From Verrucomicrobiota bacterium (lineage in GTDB: Bacteria; Verrucomicrobiota; Kiritimatiellia; JAAZAB01): 64,000 nt of DNA. A program made the position numbers and the translations under genes. The notes under the pieces are model-generated. The model ran no database searches. It saw nothing but the letters and a program-made list of their open reading frames with translations, and was not told where the DNA came from. Below are positions 47,258 through 57,427 of this stretch, one piece after another (positions within the stretch are counted from its first letter, which is position 1; every line of letters starts with the position of its first letter). The DNA is taken from assembly GCA_018898455.1 (NCBI GenBank), contig JAHIJO010000005.1:6591-70590 (forward strand). The letters run 5' to 3'.

Positions 47258-48259
47258 TTAACGATACGAGACGGGTATTCGTTTTCCCTTCCCTGCCGAT
47301 TGATAAATCGCCCTGATAATGCAAGCGGCTTTAAACCCGTCCGCCGCCGTGATCGCCGGTTGCTTGCGCCGGCGCACACAGTCCAAAAAGTGCCGCACCT
47401 CGCCAACGAACCGGTCCGGGTGTTTCGCGCAATCAACAGGCTTCCATGCATTTCCACCTTCGACCTTGTACGACAGGTCGGGAAATCCAGGATTCCAGTA
47501 ACTAACGATGGCCGTGCCTTTGGTTCCATACCATTCCACAAAGTTGCCGCAGACTTTAAGGGAATAGCTGGATGTGATTTCGCCAAACGCGGCGCTGCCA
47601 CGCGTGGCCAGGTTGATCATGCCAAAGTCCTCGATGCGGAGCTTCTGCATGATGTTCCCAGCCATTGCCTGGGCGGCCACCGGATCGCCCACGAGGAAAC
47701 GAAACAGGTCCACCGAGTGAGCGCAATTGTCCGCCAGGCACCCGCCGCCTGAGAGCTTCGGATCCGTACGGTGGTTACCCTTGAGCGCCAGGTAACCGCC
47801 AAAGATATTGCGAAACAAAAGTGGTTTGCCGAGGATATCGCGATCAATGAGACCTTTCAATTCGACGATTGCGGGATGAAACCGATGACAGAACGCCGTC
47901 ATAAATACAGAGCGGGATCGGCGCGACAGCGCAGCCAGTTGGCCGGCTTTTCCGGCATTCACTTCCAACGGCTTTTCGCAGAGAATCCCTATTCCTGCTT
48001 TCAAGAACGGCATGCAGTTGTCGAGATGCATCGCCGGAGGCGAACAAATACTGACGGCATCCAAATCGCCACCTTTCACCATTTCATCCAGTGATCCCAC
48101 CACACGGGCGCCGGTTTCTTCAGCCAGTTTGTCGGCGGCCTGAGGTCTGACATCATAAACCGCGACAATGGTAACTCCCTTGTTGCCCTTGTAGCCATTG
48201 ACATGCGCGCGCGCGATACCGCCACAGCCTACAATACCAACTCGAATCGTCCTGCTCAT
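47258..48259 (-). CDS. Gfo/Idh/MocA family oxidoreductase
   Basis: MSRTIRVGIVGCGGIARAHV.. Rossmann motif and ..CEKPL.. core. ATG 48259 with GGAGAG RBS, directly preceded by conserved leader copy B. Confidence 0.8.
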   Translation of the reverse strand: MSRTIRVGIVGCGGIARAHVNGYKGNKGVTIVAVYDVRPQAADKLAEETGARVVGSLDEMVKGGDLDAVSICSPPAMHLDNCMPFLKAGIGILCEKPLEVNAGKAGQLAALSRRSRSVFMTAFCHRFHPAIVELKGLIDRDILGKPLLFRNIFGGYLALKGNHRTDPKLSGGGCLADNCAHSVDLFRFLVGDPVAAQAMAGNIMQKLRIEDFGMINLATRGSAAFGEITSSYSLKVCGNFVEWYGTKGTAIVSYWNPGFPDLSYKVEGGNAWKPVDCAKHPDRFVGEVRHFLDCVRRRKQPAITAADGFKAACIIRAIYQSAGKGKRIPVSYR

Positions 48260-48352
48260 GGTGCTCTCCTGAAACAACCGGGGTGACCTGCCCGCAGTCG
48301 CTATCCGTCGACTGACGGATTGCGGGCGGGGGGCACCCCGGCTCCATTTTTA
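48260..48352 (-). promoter_or_regulatory. Conserved 5' leader element (copy B), reverse-complement orientation
   Basis: Reverse complement is ~90% identical to 3547..3640 (AAAATGGAGCCGGGG.TGCCCCCCG..CGCAATCCGTCAG.CGACGGATAGCGACTGCGGGCAGG.CACCCCGGTTGTTTCAGG..AGAG). It ends at the RBS of the Gfo/Idh/MocA gene. Confidence 0.5.
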
Positions 48353-48512
48353 ATCTATCTGCCGCTTCTGGAGCCGGCCTGCCCTCAGGCCGGTCCGTTG
48401 TTTCTTCACCATTAAATCCCGACCCGCCGCGGGGCGGGCAATTATGCTCCTTTCTTCTTTATGTTTTAACCGTGTGAACAACCACCGGTCCCTCAAGGCA
48501 AAAAACACTCAT

Positions 48513-49487
48513 TCATGCCGACTCGCGAATCACCAGCCGCGGTGGAATTAAAACGGATGATTCCTGGCCCCCGTTAATCATGCAAATCAGCTTGCGCGCC
48601 GCCAGGCGGCCTTCTTCCCGGAAAGGCTGATGGAGCGTGGTCAACGCCGGTGTGATCTCGGAAGTTAAATCCAGATCATCGTATCCGATCAACAGAACGT
48701 CGCGACCCACCTGGAGGGAGGTCAGGGATAATGCCCGAAGGACCCGTAACGCCAGCACATCCGTGGCGGCAAAAATACCGACCGGCCGGGAGGAAGACGC
48801 TTTCAGACAAAACCGGGACAACGACTTCAGGCCGGATGCGTCACTCTTGAATTCACGCGCAGTTCTGCCGGCCGCCGATAGGAACTGTTGAAATCCCTGC
48901 TTTCGGCCAGAATAGGATCCCATAAAGGCAAAACGGACACAGCGCCGCGCCAACAAGCGTTCTGCCGCCAAGCGCCCACCGTGCCGGTCGTCAATCGAGA
49001 TGACCGGCACCCCGTCAAGCTGCGCCGATGTATTAAGGAGAACGACTTTTCCTCCCTTGAAGCGGTAGGCGGCCACCTCCTTTTCCACGTCCGGATCGGC
49101 AATCAAGCCAGGATAGGAAATGATACCCGAGTGGGCGAGATCAACATTGCGCCGGAGAAATTTACGAAAGCCTTCGACGTAGCTATCAAAGCCAATCTGC
49201 AGAGGAAGGTCTTCTTCCGACAATATCTCCGAAATGCCGAATACAAGGTCGGCCACCAGCCGGTTGGCCGCCGCCGGCAAAAAAACACCCACGGTTGGCA
49301 AGCCGCCGCGCCGCATGAATTCCGCCATCCGATTCCGGCGGAACCCAATTTCGCGCGCGACTTGCATCAACAGACGACGCGTTACCGGCGACACACGGGC
49401 GTACCGATCCGGCCGCGGATTCAAGGCGCGGGAAACAACGGCCACCGAAAAGCCCGTTTTACGGGCAATATCTTTGAGCGTTGCCAC
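48513..49487 (-). CDS. LacI-family transcriptional regulator
   Basis: (GTG)ATLKDIARKTGFSVAVVSRALN HTH at the N-terminus and a periplasmic-binding-fold sugar-binding domain. Confidence 0.85.
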   Translation of the reverse strand: MATLKDIARKTGFSVAVVSRALNPRPDRYARVSPVTRRLLMQVAREIGFRRNRMAEFMRRGGLPTVGVFLPAAANRLVADLVFGISEILSEEDLPLQIGFDSYVEGFRKFLRRNVDLAHSGIISYPGLIADPDVEKEVAAYRFKGGKVVLLNTSAQLDGVPVISIDDRHGGRLAAERLLARRCVRFAFMGSYSGRKQGFQQFLSAAGRTAREFKSDASGLKSLSRFCLKASSSRPVGIFAATDVLALRVLRALSLTSLQVGRDVLLIGYDDLDLTSEITPALTTLHQPFREEGRLAARKLICMINGGQESSVLIPPRLVIRESA

Positions 49488-49501
49488 AATTACCCCTTGA
49501 A

Positions 49502-49515
49502 AACAATCGTTTGTT
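49502..49515. promoter_or_regulatory. LacI-type operator-like palindrome AACAATCGTTTGTT (central CG, one mismatch)
   Basis: Sits 15 nt upstream of the LacI-family gene start, in the divergent region shared with gnd. Confidence 0.35.
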
Positions 49516-49658
49516 CACTAACTGGATAAAATCTATTCGGACCCGATATCAAAGACAAGAAAAATGTAAATGTTTTTTTCGCTTGCATTCCGGAGCGCTT
49601 TTCTTAAAAGAGAAGGCGCAATTAACTTCTTTCGGGAACCAGTTATCGGAGAACCTGT

Positions 49659-51077
49659 ATGAATCAAGCGGATATCGGATTGATCGGGCTGGCAGTCATG
49701 GGCGAAAACCTGGCCCTGAACATGGAAAGCCGGGGATTTACCGTGGCGGTATTCAACCGCACGGTGGCGAAAGTCGATGATTTCAGCAAAGGCCGCGGCC
49801 ACGGCAAGAAATTCATCGGCGCCCATTCCCTGGGCGAACTCATCGCGGCGTTGAAAAAACCCCGGCGGGTCATGCTGATGGTCAAGGCCGGCAAGCCGGT
49901 GGATGAATTCATCGCCCAGCTGGTACCCCTGCTCGATCCCGGCGACATCATCATCGACGGCGGCAACTCCCATTTTCCCGATACCATCCGGCGGACAAAG
50001 ACCCTGGAAAGCAAAGGCCTGCTTTTCATCGGAACCGGCGTTTCCGGCGGCGAAGAAGGCGCCCTGAAAGGCCCGAGCATGATGCCCGGCGGATCGCCGG
50101 CGGCCTGGCCCCACGTCAAAAACATCTTTCAGAAAATCTGTGCCAGGGTGGAAGACGGAGCGCCCTGCTGTGAGTGGGTGGGCAATGACGGCGCCGGCCA
50201 TTTCGTCAAGATGGTGCACAATGGCATTGAATACGGCGACATGCAGTTGATCTGCGAAGCCTACCAGGTCATGAGCCAGGCGCTGGGCATGCCCCCAAAG
50301 GAAATGCACAAGGTGTTCAGGAAATGGAACCAGGGCGAACTGGACTCTTACCTGATTGAGATCACGGCGGACATCCTGGCCAAAACAGATCCGGAGACCG
50401 GCAGGCCCATGGTGGATGTCATCCTCGACACGGCCGGACAGAAAGGCACTGGAAAATGGACCAGCGAAGCCGCCCTGGACCTCGGGGTGCCGGCGCCGAC
50501 TATCGCCGAAGCCGTTTTCGCGCGTTGTCTATCAGCCATCAAGGAAGAGCGCGTTGCCGCCGCCAAACACCTGCCGGCGCCGAAGACCAGGTTCCGCGGC
50601 AACCGGAAAGTTTTTGTCGAGGCAATTCGCCGGGCGCTGTATGCCGCCAAAATCTGCTCCTATGCCCAGGGCTATGCCCTGATGGCCGCCGCCGCCCGGG
50701 AGAATAACTGGGACCTTCATTTCGGAGAAATTGCCTTGATGTGGCGGGGCGGATGCATCATCCGCGCCCGGTTCCTCGGCAAGATCAAGGAGGCCTTCGA
50801 TCGCCGCCCGGATCTGCCGAACCTGATGCTGGACCGGTATTTCACCGGCGTTCTCAAGAAGAACCAGGACAGTCTGCGGAAAGTTGTCATCGAAGCCTCG
50901 CGCCTGGGGATTCCCATGCCCGCCTTCTGCTCGGCCCTAGCCTATTTCGACGGTTATCGCAGCGCGCGCCTGCCAGCCAACCTCCTGCAGGCCCAGCGCG
51001 ATTATTTTGGGGCCCATACCTACGAGCGCGTGGACCGCAAACGCGGGGAAATGTTCCACACGGAGTGGCTGGCATAG
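49659..51077 (+). CDS. gnd: 6-phosphogluconate dehydrogenase, decarboxylating
   Basis: [27 protein letters not shown].. is the canonical Gnd N-terminus. ~470 aa. Confidence 0.9.
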   Translation: MNQADIGLIGLAVMGENLALNMESRGFTVAVFNRTVAKVDDFSKGRGHGKKFIGAHSLGELIAALKKPRRVMLMVKAGKPVDEFIAQLVPLLDPGDIIIDGGNSHFPDTIRRTKTLESKGLLFIGTGVSGGEEGALKGPSMMPGGSPAAWPHVKNIFQKICARVEDGAPCCEWVGNDGAGHFVKMVHNGIEYGDMQLICEAYQVMSQALGMPPKEMHKVFRKWNQGELDSYLIEITADILAKTDPETGRPMVDVILDTAGQKGTGKWTSEAALDLGVPAPTIAEAVFARCLSAIKEERVAAAKHLPAPKTRFRGNRKVFVEAIRRALYAAKICSYAQGYALMAAAARENNWDLHFGEIALMWRGGCIIRARFLGKIKEAFDRRPDLPNLMLDRYFTGVLKKNQDSLRKVVIEASRLGIPMPAFCSALAYFDGYRSARLPANLLQAQRDYFGAHTYERVDRKRGEMFHTEWLA

Positions 51078-51091
51078 CACAAAGGAGCAAC

Positions 51092-52000
51092 ATGAGCAAG
51101 TCATCGGTGTTCACCACCAAGAATGATTTAACAGGGCTTCAACCGAAACATGAGACCTTTGTCGGCATCGATTCCGACGGTTGCGTGTTCGACACGATGG
51201 AAATCAAGCAGAAGAAATGCTTTCATAAACTGATCGTTTCGAACTGGCGCCTGGAACCGATCGAAAAGTACCTCCGCGAAGCCGCCGAGTTCGTCAACCT
51301 GTATTCCAAGCATCGCGGAAAAAACAGGTTTCCCTGCCTGGTGTTATCGATCGATCTTCTCCGCGACCGTCCCGAAGTCATGGCCAGCGGCGTCAGCCTG
51401 CCGGAGTTCAAAGCCCTAAAAAAATTCATTGAATCCGGCCTGCCCCTGGGTAACCCGGCCCTGGAAAAGCTGGTCAACGAGACCGCAGACCAGGAACTGG
51501 CATCCGTTCTGGCCTGGAGCAAGGCCGTTAACAAGGAGATCGAGAAAACGGTGACCAACGTGCCTCCCTACGCGTGGGTGCTGGACAGCTTGCAGAAGAT
51601 CAAGGCGAACTCCGACGCCATCTGCGTTTCGCAGACGCCGACCGAAGCCTTGATCCGGGAATGGCAGCAGCATGACCTGATGGGATACGTCAAGGTGATC
51701 GCGGGCCAGGAACTGGGCACCAAGACAGAGCACATCCAGATGGCCACCCGCGGACGTTACCAGCCCGACAACATCCTGATGATCGGCGACGCTCCGGGCG
51801 ATTTCATCGCGGCCAAAGGAAACAAGGCACATTTCTATCCCATCAATCCGGGACATGAACCCGAGTCCTGGGAACGGTTTTACCGGGAAGCCTATGATAA
51901 ATTCCTACGGCACGAATACGGGGGCAAATACGAAGCCGACCTGGTGACCGAGTTTGAACAACTCCTGCCTGAAACACCCCCCTGGAAAAACACACCATGA
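51092..52000 (+). CDS. HAD-superfamily hydrolase
   Basis: ATG 51092 with AAAGGAG RBS. Motif I GIDSDGCVFDT (DxDx[T/V]). Later GDAPGD resembles motif IV. Confidence 0.65.
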   Translation: MSKSSVFTTKNDLTGLQPKHETFVGIDSDGCVFDTMEIKQKKCFHKLIVSNWRLEPIEKYLREAAEFVNLYSKHRGKNRFPCLVLSIDLLRDRPEVMASGVSLPEFKALKKFIESGLPLGNPALEKLVNETADQELASVLAWSKAVNKEIEKTVTNVPPYAWVLDSLQKIKANSDAICVSQTPTEALIREWQQHDLMGYVKVIAGQELGTKTEHIQMATRGRYQPDNILMIGDAPGDFIAAKGNKAHFYPINPGHEPESWERFYREAYDKFLRHEYGGKYEADLVTEFEQLLPETPPWKNTP

Positions 52001-52983
52001 AAAAAGCCGGCTTCATTGACATTCAGTCCAACGGATACAAGGGCATTGATTTCTCTTCGGAAACTCTGACGCTGGATCAAATCCGGACCGCCACGCGGGA
52101 ACTGGTCAAGGATGGAACCATTGCCTATTGCGCTACCCTCATCACGCAACCCATTGACGGATTTCGCCGCAACCTGGCGCTCATGGCGGAAGCCATGCGA
52201 GATCCGGAATGCTCGCGCCATATCCTGGGCATCCACATCGAAGGCCCATTTATATCGCCGGAGGAAGGCGCCCGCGGCGCCCATCCGACAGCGTGCATCA
52301 TTCCGCCCTCCGTAGATGTCTTCCGTCAAATGCAGGAATGGGCGGACAACAAAGTCATTCTGCTGACACTCGCCCCGGAAGTGGAAGGCGCGACAGCGCT
52401 AATCCGTTACGCATCCGAGCACGGCACGGTGGTGGCGCTCGGCCATCACCTGGCGGATGATGCCGCGCTGGAGCAGGCGGTGCAGGCCGGCGCCAGGGCC
52501 TGTACCCATCTGGGCAACGGCATGCCGAACATGATCAATCGCCATCAAAACCCGCTCTGGTGGCAACTGGCATGCGACAACCTGACCGGAACTTTTATCA
52601 CCGACGGGCATCATCTGCCGGCCGATTTCATCAAAGTCGCCTGTCGCGCCAAAACAACGAATCATTTCATCGTGGTCAGCGATCAATCCAGCTTGGCGGG
52701 CTTGCCACCGGGCACGTATGAATTTCACGGCTCGAAAGTAGTGCTGGCACCCACGGGCCGAATCAGCTTAGGCGATACCCCTTACCTCGCCGGATCATCC
52801 GCCACCATGCTTCAATGCATGAATCACCTGGCTTCGCTGGAAATTCTTTCCGAAGCCGAACTGTGGCAGGTGGGATACGAGAATCCGCTGGCGTTGCTCG
52901 GAATCAAAAGGCGACGTTTCCACGCCGTTAACGGACAGGCCTTCGAGTTCCGCGGAAACCGGTTCGAAATCACGTCAGCGTGA
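51997..52983 (+). CDS. N-acetylglucosamine-6-phosphate deacetylase (NagA)-like amidohydrolase, E. coli-type Q-x-N variant, N-terminally short
   Basis: GFIDIQSNGYKG (compare E. coli GFIDVQLNG), ..LTLAPE.., ..GHH.. and ..THLGNGMP.. align with NagA. Start overlaps the HAD gene stop (ATGA). Confidence 0.6.
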   Translation: MKKAGFIDIQSNGYKGIDFSSETLTLDQIRTATRELVKDGTIAYCATLITQPIDGFRRNLALMAEAMRDPECSRHILGIHIEGPFISPEEGARGAHPTACIIPPSVDVFRQMQEWADNKVILLTLAPEVEGATALIRYASEHGTVVALGHHLADDAALEQAVQAGARACTHLGNGMPNMINRHQNPLWWQLACDNLTGTFITDGHHLPADFIKVACRAKTTNHFIVVSDQSSLAGLPPGTYEFHGSKVVLAPTGRISLGDTPYLAGSSATMLQCMNHLASLEILSEAELWQVGYENPLALLGIKRRRFHAVNGQAFEFRGNRFEITSA

Positions 52984-53239
52984 CAACCACCAGCACTCTC
53001 AACCAATACGCCTTTCGAAAGACAATGACGAGAACGGCGGGTACCAGGCTGAGCAAAGATATGATCAATATTCCCCACATCGTTTTTCTCCGTAAATCGA
53101 ACAGTGTTAACCTTAGAGCTTGTCCGTAACTAAGGAATCGGCTCATAGAGCCGATGCTACACCTCTGAAAAGCACAGACTTTTGCTGTAGCAGCCGCTCT
53201 ATTAGCGGCTTTCGGACTATTTATGGATAAGCTCTTAGT

Positions 53240-54040
53240 TTATCCTGATTTTTTCGGCGGCGGGGTGCGCCCCAGGAGCTTGAGCACTTCCAGCATGTCG
53301 TTCCAGACATCCCACATGGCTGGCGGGTTACGCAGCAAATAGGAGGGATGGAAGGTCGGCATCAATGGAATGTTTTCGTACGTCAGCCATTTCCCGCGCA
53401 GGCGGGTGATGAAAATTTTTCCCTGCGCGGGGATCAAGCCCTCCAAGGCGGTCGCTCCCAGGGTCACAATTACCTTCGGCTTCAAGGCCGCAACTTGCGC
53501 CTTCAGGAACGGCAGGCAGGCTTCCATTTCATCCGGCAACGGCTTGCGGTTATCGGGTGGCCGGCATTTGACCACGTTGGCGATGAAGACATCTTCCCGC
53601 CGGTAACCCATCCGGATGATCAGGCGGGTCAGTAATTGCCCGGCCCGTCCGACAAACGCCAGTCCCTGGAGGTCTTCATCCGCGCCGGGCCCTTCTCCGA
53701 CAAACAAGATCTCGGGTTGTGAATGCCCCTGGCCGGGAACCGTCTTTGTCCGTGTTTTATGGAGAACACATTTGGTACAGACAGCAATCTGTGACGCGAT
53801 GCCCGCCAAGGCCGCCTTAACGTTAACGGCCGAATCGTTCGCCGCCACCGGGATACGCGTTTCGGGAACGACGGGTCCAGCAGGCGATTGCGCGTCGGAT
53901 GGGGAACTGGTCATCAGCATGGGGCGCTCCGTCAATTCCCGGGACAGTTCTATTTCGGTCACACCGTCTTCCTTCAGGTTTTCGAGGTAACCGATAAGAT
54001 CATCGATGATGCGACCGACAGGATCTGCGGGTGTTTCCAT
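53240..54040 (-). CDS. Uracil-DNA glycosylase, family 4 (Fe-S type)
   Basis: ..GEGPGADED..G..FVG.AGQLL........R..V...N.VKCRPP.NR.P.. and Cys residues are characteristic of family-4 UDG. Has an N-terminal extension. Confidence 0.8.
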   Translation of the reverse strand: METPADPVGRIIDDLIGYLENLKEDGVTEIELSRELTERPMLMTSSPSDAQSPAGPVVPETRIPVAANDSAVNVKAALAGIASQIAVCTKCVLHKTRTKTVPGQGHSQPEILFVGEGPGADEDLQGLAFVGRAGQLLTRLIIRMGYRREDVFIANVVKCRPPDNRKPLPDEMEACLPFLKAQVAALKPKVIVTLGATALEGLIPAQGKIFITRLRGKWLTYENIPLMPTFHPSYLLRNPPAMWDVWNDMLEVLKLLGRTPPPKKSG

Positions 54041-54042
54041 GA

Positions 54043-54801
54043 CTACAGGGTAACTTCCTCAACCTCCTCTGGTTCCGGCGGAAGAAACGGCGCTTTCTTC
54101 AATTTGACGAACAAGGGACCGATTAGGACATAGATCAGACCCAAAGTCAGCATAATAAGCGCCGCCATGCTCGCCACGCCACGCTCGTGGTAAAACAGCA
54201 AGGCCACCAAGACCACGCAGGGGATAAAGACAATCATGAGTTTGCTGGGCTTCGGATAACGCACATTGGATACCTGCAAGGTGATCATGGCAATTACGCC
54301 GATAAGGAAAAAAACCCCGACCGGCCCCTGGCTCAGTCGGAAAAACTCGCCGAAGAACTTGGTTTCACTTAAGAAGACAAAGAGCGCCACCCATCCGGCG
54401 CTGGCCGTGATTGGCAATCCGCAGTACCCGGCCTGCCCGCGAAGCGGATCCTTGACCTTAAACCGCGCCAGGCGAATAACGCCGGACAGCACCACCATGG
54501 CGGTCATCAGGATCCGCCAGTCCACATGTCTCTGCAAGGACACTTGGTAAATCAAAATAGCCGGCGCCAGGCCGAAAGCCGTCATATCCACATAGGTATC
54601 GAGTTCTGCGCCAAAGGCGCTGGTTCCCTTCAATAATCTCGCCAGATTGCCGTCGAGCCCATCCAGAATTAACGCCAGCATGATTAATTGTGCCGAAAGG
54701 AGAAAATTTTCATGTCCCTCGAGGGCCAGCAGAATACTGAAAAAGCCGCACAACATCGCGGCCAGGGTAATAATCGTTGGAAGAATTTGGCGCCAGTTCA
54801 T
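54043..54801 (-). CDS. pssA: CDP-diacylglycerol--serine O-phosphatidyltransferase (CDP-alcohol phosphatidyltransferase family)
   Basis: DGLDGNLARLLKGTSAFGAELDTYVDM matches D-G-x2-A-R-x8-G-x3-D-x3-D. Adjacent to psd. Confidence 0.8.
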   Translation of the reverse strand: MNWRQILPTIITLAAMLCGFFSILLALEGHENFLLSAQLIMLALILDGLDGNLARLLKGTSAFGAELDTYVDMTAFGLAPAILIYQVSLQRHVDWRILMTAMVVLSGVIRLARFKVKDPLRGQAGYCGLPITASAGWVALFVFLSETKFFGEFFRLSQGPVGVFFLIGVIAMITLQVSNVRYPKPSKLMIVFIPCVVLVALLFYHERGVASMAALIMLTLGLIYVLIGPLFVKLKKAPFLPPEPEEVEEVTL

Positions 54802-54824
54802 GAAAAAGTCTCCGCTGTTTCCTC

Positions 54825-55502
54825 TCAGGACTTGGGTCCCTTGGGTTTGATCGTTGCGACAACAGTCAGACCCGCCTTTACCCTATCACCTTTCCGGATC
54901 ACAACATTCACATCGGATTTCGGCAGATACATATCCAGCCGGGACCCGAATTTCATCATGCCGATGCGCTCGCCCAGCGCCACATCCTGATTCAGCGTCA
55001 GCCAGTAAACCACCCGCCGCGCCACCGGGCCAACAATCTGATTGACCAGGCACCGGGTTTGCGGACCTTCAATCAGAATGGAATTGTGCTGATTGTAATC
55101 GGAGGACTTTTCCTGAAAGGTAAAGTAGCGCGCGCCCGGGTAATATTGGAGAAAAGTGATTGTGCCGGCAACCGGCGCCCGGTTCACATGGACATCAAAA
55201 AGGCTCAGAAAAATACTGATGCGCACTGTTTCCGTCTTCAAGAACGCATTTTCCGGCATCTCCTTGATGCTCATGACGACCCCATCGGCGCCGGCAACCA
55301 CAACCGTCGTATCCGTTGACGGCGTCCGCTCGGGATCCCGGAAAAAATACAGCATGTAGCAGGCCGATACGATCGCCAGGATGAAACATAGGATCGCCGT
55401 CCGGCGCCACTTCACAAGACGGCAAACAATCCCCAATGCTCCAAAGATGACCAGGCATCCGATTAAAAACGGCAACACTTCTTTGACGATGGGAATGGGC
55501 AT
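54825..55502 (-). CDS. psd: Phosphatidylserine decarboxylase (short/archaeal-type proenzyme)
   Basis: ~225 aa, N-terminal TM. ..GERIGMMKFGSRLDMYLP.. contains the G-S-R/T self-cleavage-type motif. Confidence 0.8.
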   Translation of the reverse strand: MPIPIVKEVLPFLIGCLVIFGALGIVCRLVKWRRTAILCFILAIVSACYMLYFFRDPERTPSTDTTVVVAGADGVVMSIKEMPENAFLKTETVRISIFLSLFDVHVNRAPVAGTITFLQYYPGARYFTFQEKSSDYNQHNSILIEGPQTRCLVNQIVGPVARRVVYWLTLNQDVALGERIGMMKFGSRLDMYLPKSDVNVVIRKGDRVKAGLTVVATIKPKGPKS

Positions 55503-55602
55503 ATTCTCCCTGCAAAATGATTCATGCCGCCATGAATCCGAACACCGGGTTTAATAGTTAGCTACCTTCTCAATATCCAGTCGGCATTGTCAAGTCGCGA
55601 TT

Positions 55603-56847
55603 TTACTCCGCAGGATGTTGGACCATCCCCCAGACGACAATGGCCTTGCGCGGACGCGCCGGACACTGGCTCTGGCAGGCGCCGCATCCCCGGCAGACGG
55701 CTTGATTCACCTCCGGACAAGGAACACCCTGATTCTCCAGCGACCGAATCGCCAGATAGGGACAAAACTCGGCGCACAGCAGGCAATACTGCTGTTGCGA
55801 CCAGGCAAGACAGCGGCTCCGGTCAATCCGCGCATTTCCCAGCGAGAGACACCGTTTTTCCTCCAGGGTCAGGCGCCGAATCGCCCCCGTGGGACAGACC
55901 TGGGTGCACCGGTTACACCACTCGTCGCAGTAATCCCGACCGTAGTTTACCACAGGGGTCAGCAGACCTCCCAAACCGCTTCCACCAAGGTCGGGAACCA
56001 GAATACGCTCGGGACAGACTTGGATGCAGTTACCGCAGCGCACACACAGTCCCGGAAAACGGCTTTCATCCACAACACCCGGCGGCCGAAGCGGTTGAAC
56101 AGAATTCCGGGTTCGGAGTCTCCGCGTCAACCATCCCGCCGCTCCGCCGCACAAGGCCATTAAAAAAATCCGACGGCCGGATTTTATGCTCCGCCATGGT
56201 TCCACCTGGGTATCGGAACGAGCCATCCAGTCTTGCCCCCCCCCGGGGAGTACCTTCGAACTACTGCGTAGCAAAGCCCGAATCCGTCGGCCGGCCCCTC
56301 CCAGCATGGCCTGCAGGGCGCCCAACGGACACAGGCGCTCGCACCAGATATGAGGCCGATAGATCGTGAGAAGAAGCACGCAACCGAATCCGATCGCCGG
56401 CAACACGTCTCCCCAAGATCGAGGCATAGGCCGCCATACGCCGGCAAAACCGTTGAATAACGCCAGGGGATCCATCCATAAAAACCAGGCATATCCTGCC
56501 GCGGCAGTCCCCGCGCCAAACACCACCAGCCAACGACCGAGTGCAGGAACCTGATGATACGCATCCCGGTTCCTGCGGTTGAGATTACCCAGCACATCCA
56601 GAACCAGACCGACGGGACACAGGCGGCGGCAGAACCAGCGTCCTTTAACCAACGCCAGCAACACCAGTGGCAGGGCCAACCACGAGACCCATGAGACATG
56701 CCGGGCAGCGAGGGCAGACCCCAGAGCAACCCAAGGACTGGCCGCCGGCAGGATCACCGCCACTGACGGCCATGGCAGAACCTGCAACCCGAGAATGGCC
56801 GCCATGACCGCAATAATGATCCGGATGAGTAATTTCATGCGGGGCAC
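55603..56847 (-). CDS. Membrane-bound polyferredoxin (NapH/MauN-like 4Fe-4S protein)
   Basis: Several TM helices plus multiple CxxCxxCxxxCP clusters (CVRCGNCIQVCP, CNRCTQVCP, CLLCAEFCP, CRGCGACQSQCP) and ..WFCRRLCPVG... Confidence 0.7.
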   Translation of the reverse strand: MPRMKLLIRIIIAVMAAILGLQVLPWPSVAVILPAASPWVALGSALAARHVSWVSWLALPLVLLALVKGRWFCRRLCPVGLVLDVLGNLNRRNRDAYHQVPALGRWLVVFGAGTAAAGYAWFLWMDPLALFNGFAGVWRPMPRSWGDVLPAIGFGCVLLLTIYRPHIWCERLCPLGALQAMLGGAGRRIRALLRSSSKVLPGGGQDWMARSDTQVEPWRSIKSGRRIFLMALCGGAAGWLTRRLRTRNSVQPLRPPGVVDESRFPGLCVRCGNCIQVCPERILVPDLGGSGLGGLLTPVVNYGRDYCDEWCNRCTQVCPTGAIRRLTLEEKRCLSLGNARIDRSRCLAWSQQQYCLLCAEFCPYLAIRSLENQGVPCPEVNQAVCRGCGACQSQCPARPRKAIVVWGMVQHPAE

Positions 56848-57148
56848 TGGATGAAAGAGCGTTTAGATTTGATATGATTCTGACAAAACCAACGCTAATC
56901 GCAATCTTTTTTTGGCGTATCGAATAAGTCTGGACAAACCGGAGCAGGCGTGTCATTCTTTTACAAGAATTTTCGATCATTCGCGGAACCGATCCGCAAC
57001 CGGAAACATTGTCGGATTGCCACACGCAGTGCGGTGAGTAGCGCGAATCCTGCATCAATCAGCATCATCAGGCGATCAGGCATGCCGGATCGAGCCCAGG
57101 GGGTTCCGGTTTTTGCAGACGCGTTGATCAACCAGAGTTTCTACAGGC

Positions 57149-57415
57149 ATGAGCTTTCGACTGACCATTGACATTGATCGCTGCAAGGGCTGTGAACTGT
57201 GCATCGAGGTTTGCCCCCGTCATACCCTGGCTATGTCTGCAACCTTGAACACGAGCGGGGTTCATTTTCCGCAGATAAACCCGGCACATGACTGCCTGGG
57301 GTGCCGCCAGTGCGCAATTCTGTGCCCGGAGGCGGCCCTAGAAATTGAAAAAATCACGGAACGTCCGCCATCCCGGATCGCAACTCGACGTACCCGGAAG
57401 TCTCGGACCACTTAA
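57149..57415 (+). CDS. 2-oxoacid:ferredoxin oxidoreductase delta subunit (2x[4Fe-4S] ferredoxin)
   Basis: CKGCELCIEVCP and CLGCRQCAILCP motifs. First gene of the four-gene D-A-B-G array. Confidence 0.8.
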   Translation: MSFRLTIDIDRCKGCELCIEVCPRHTLAMSATLNTSGVHFPQINPAHDCLGCRQCAILCPEAALEIEKITERPPSRIATRRTRKSRTT

Positions 57416-57427
57416 CAGGATAAGATC

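Noticed and set aside
51997-52983. NagA-like protein flagged as inactive because the HxH metal motif is missing
   Set aside because: E. coli-type NagA naturally has Q-x-N at this position (GFIDVQLNG). The QSN here is consistent with a functional mononuclear enzyme.
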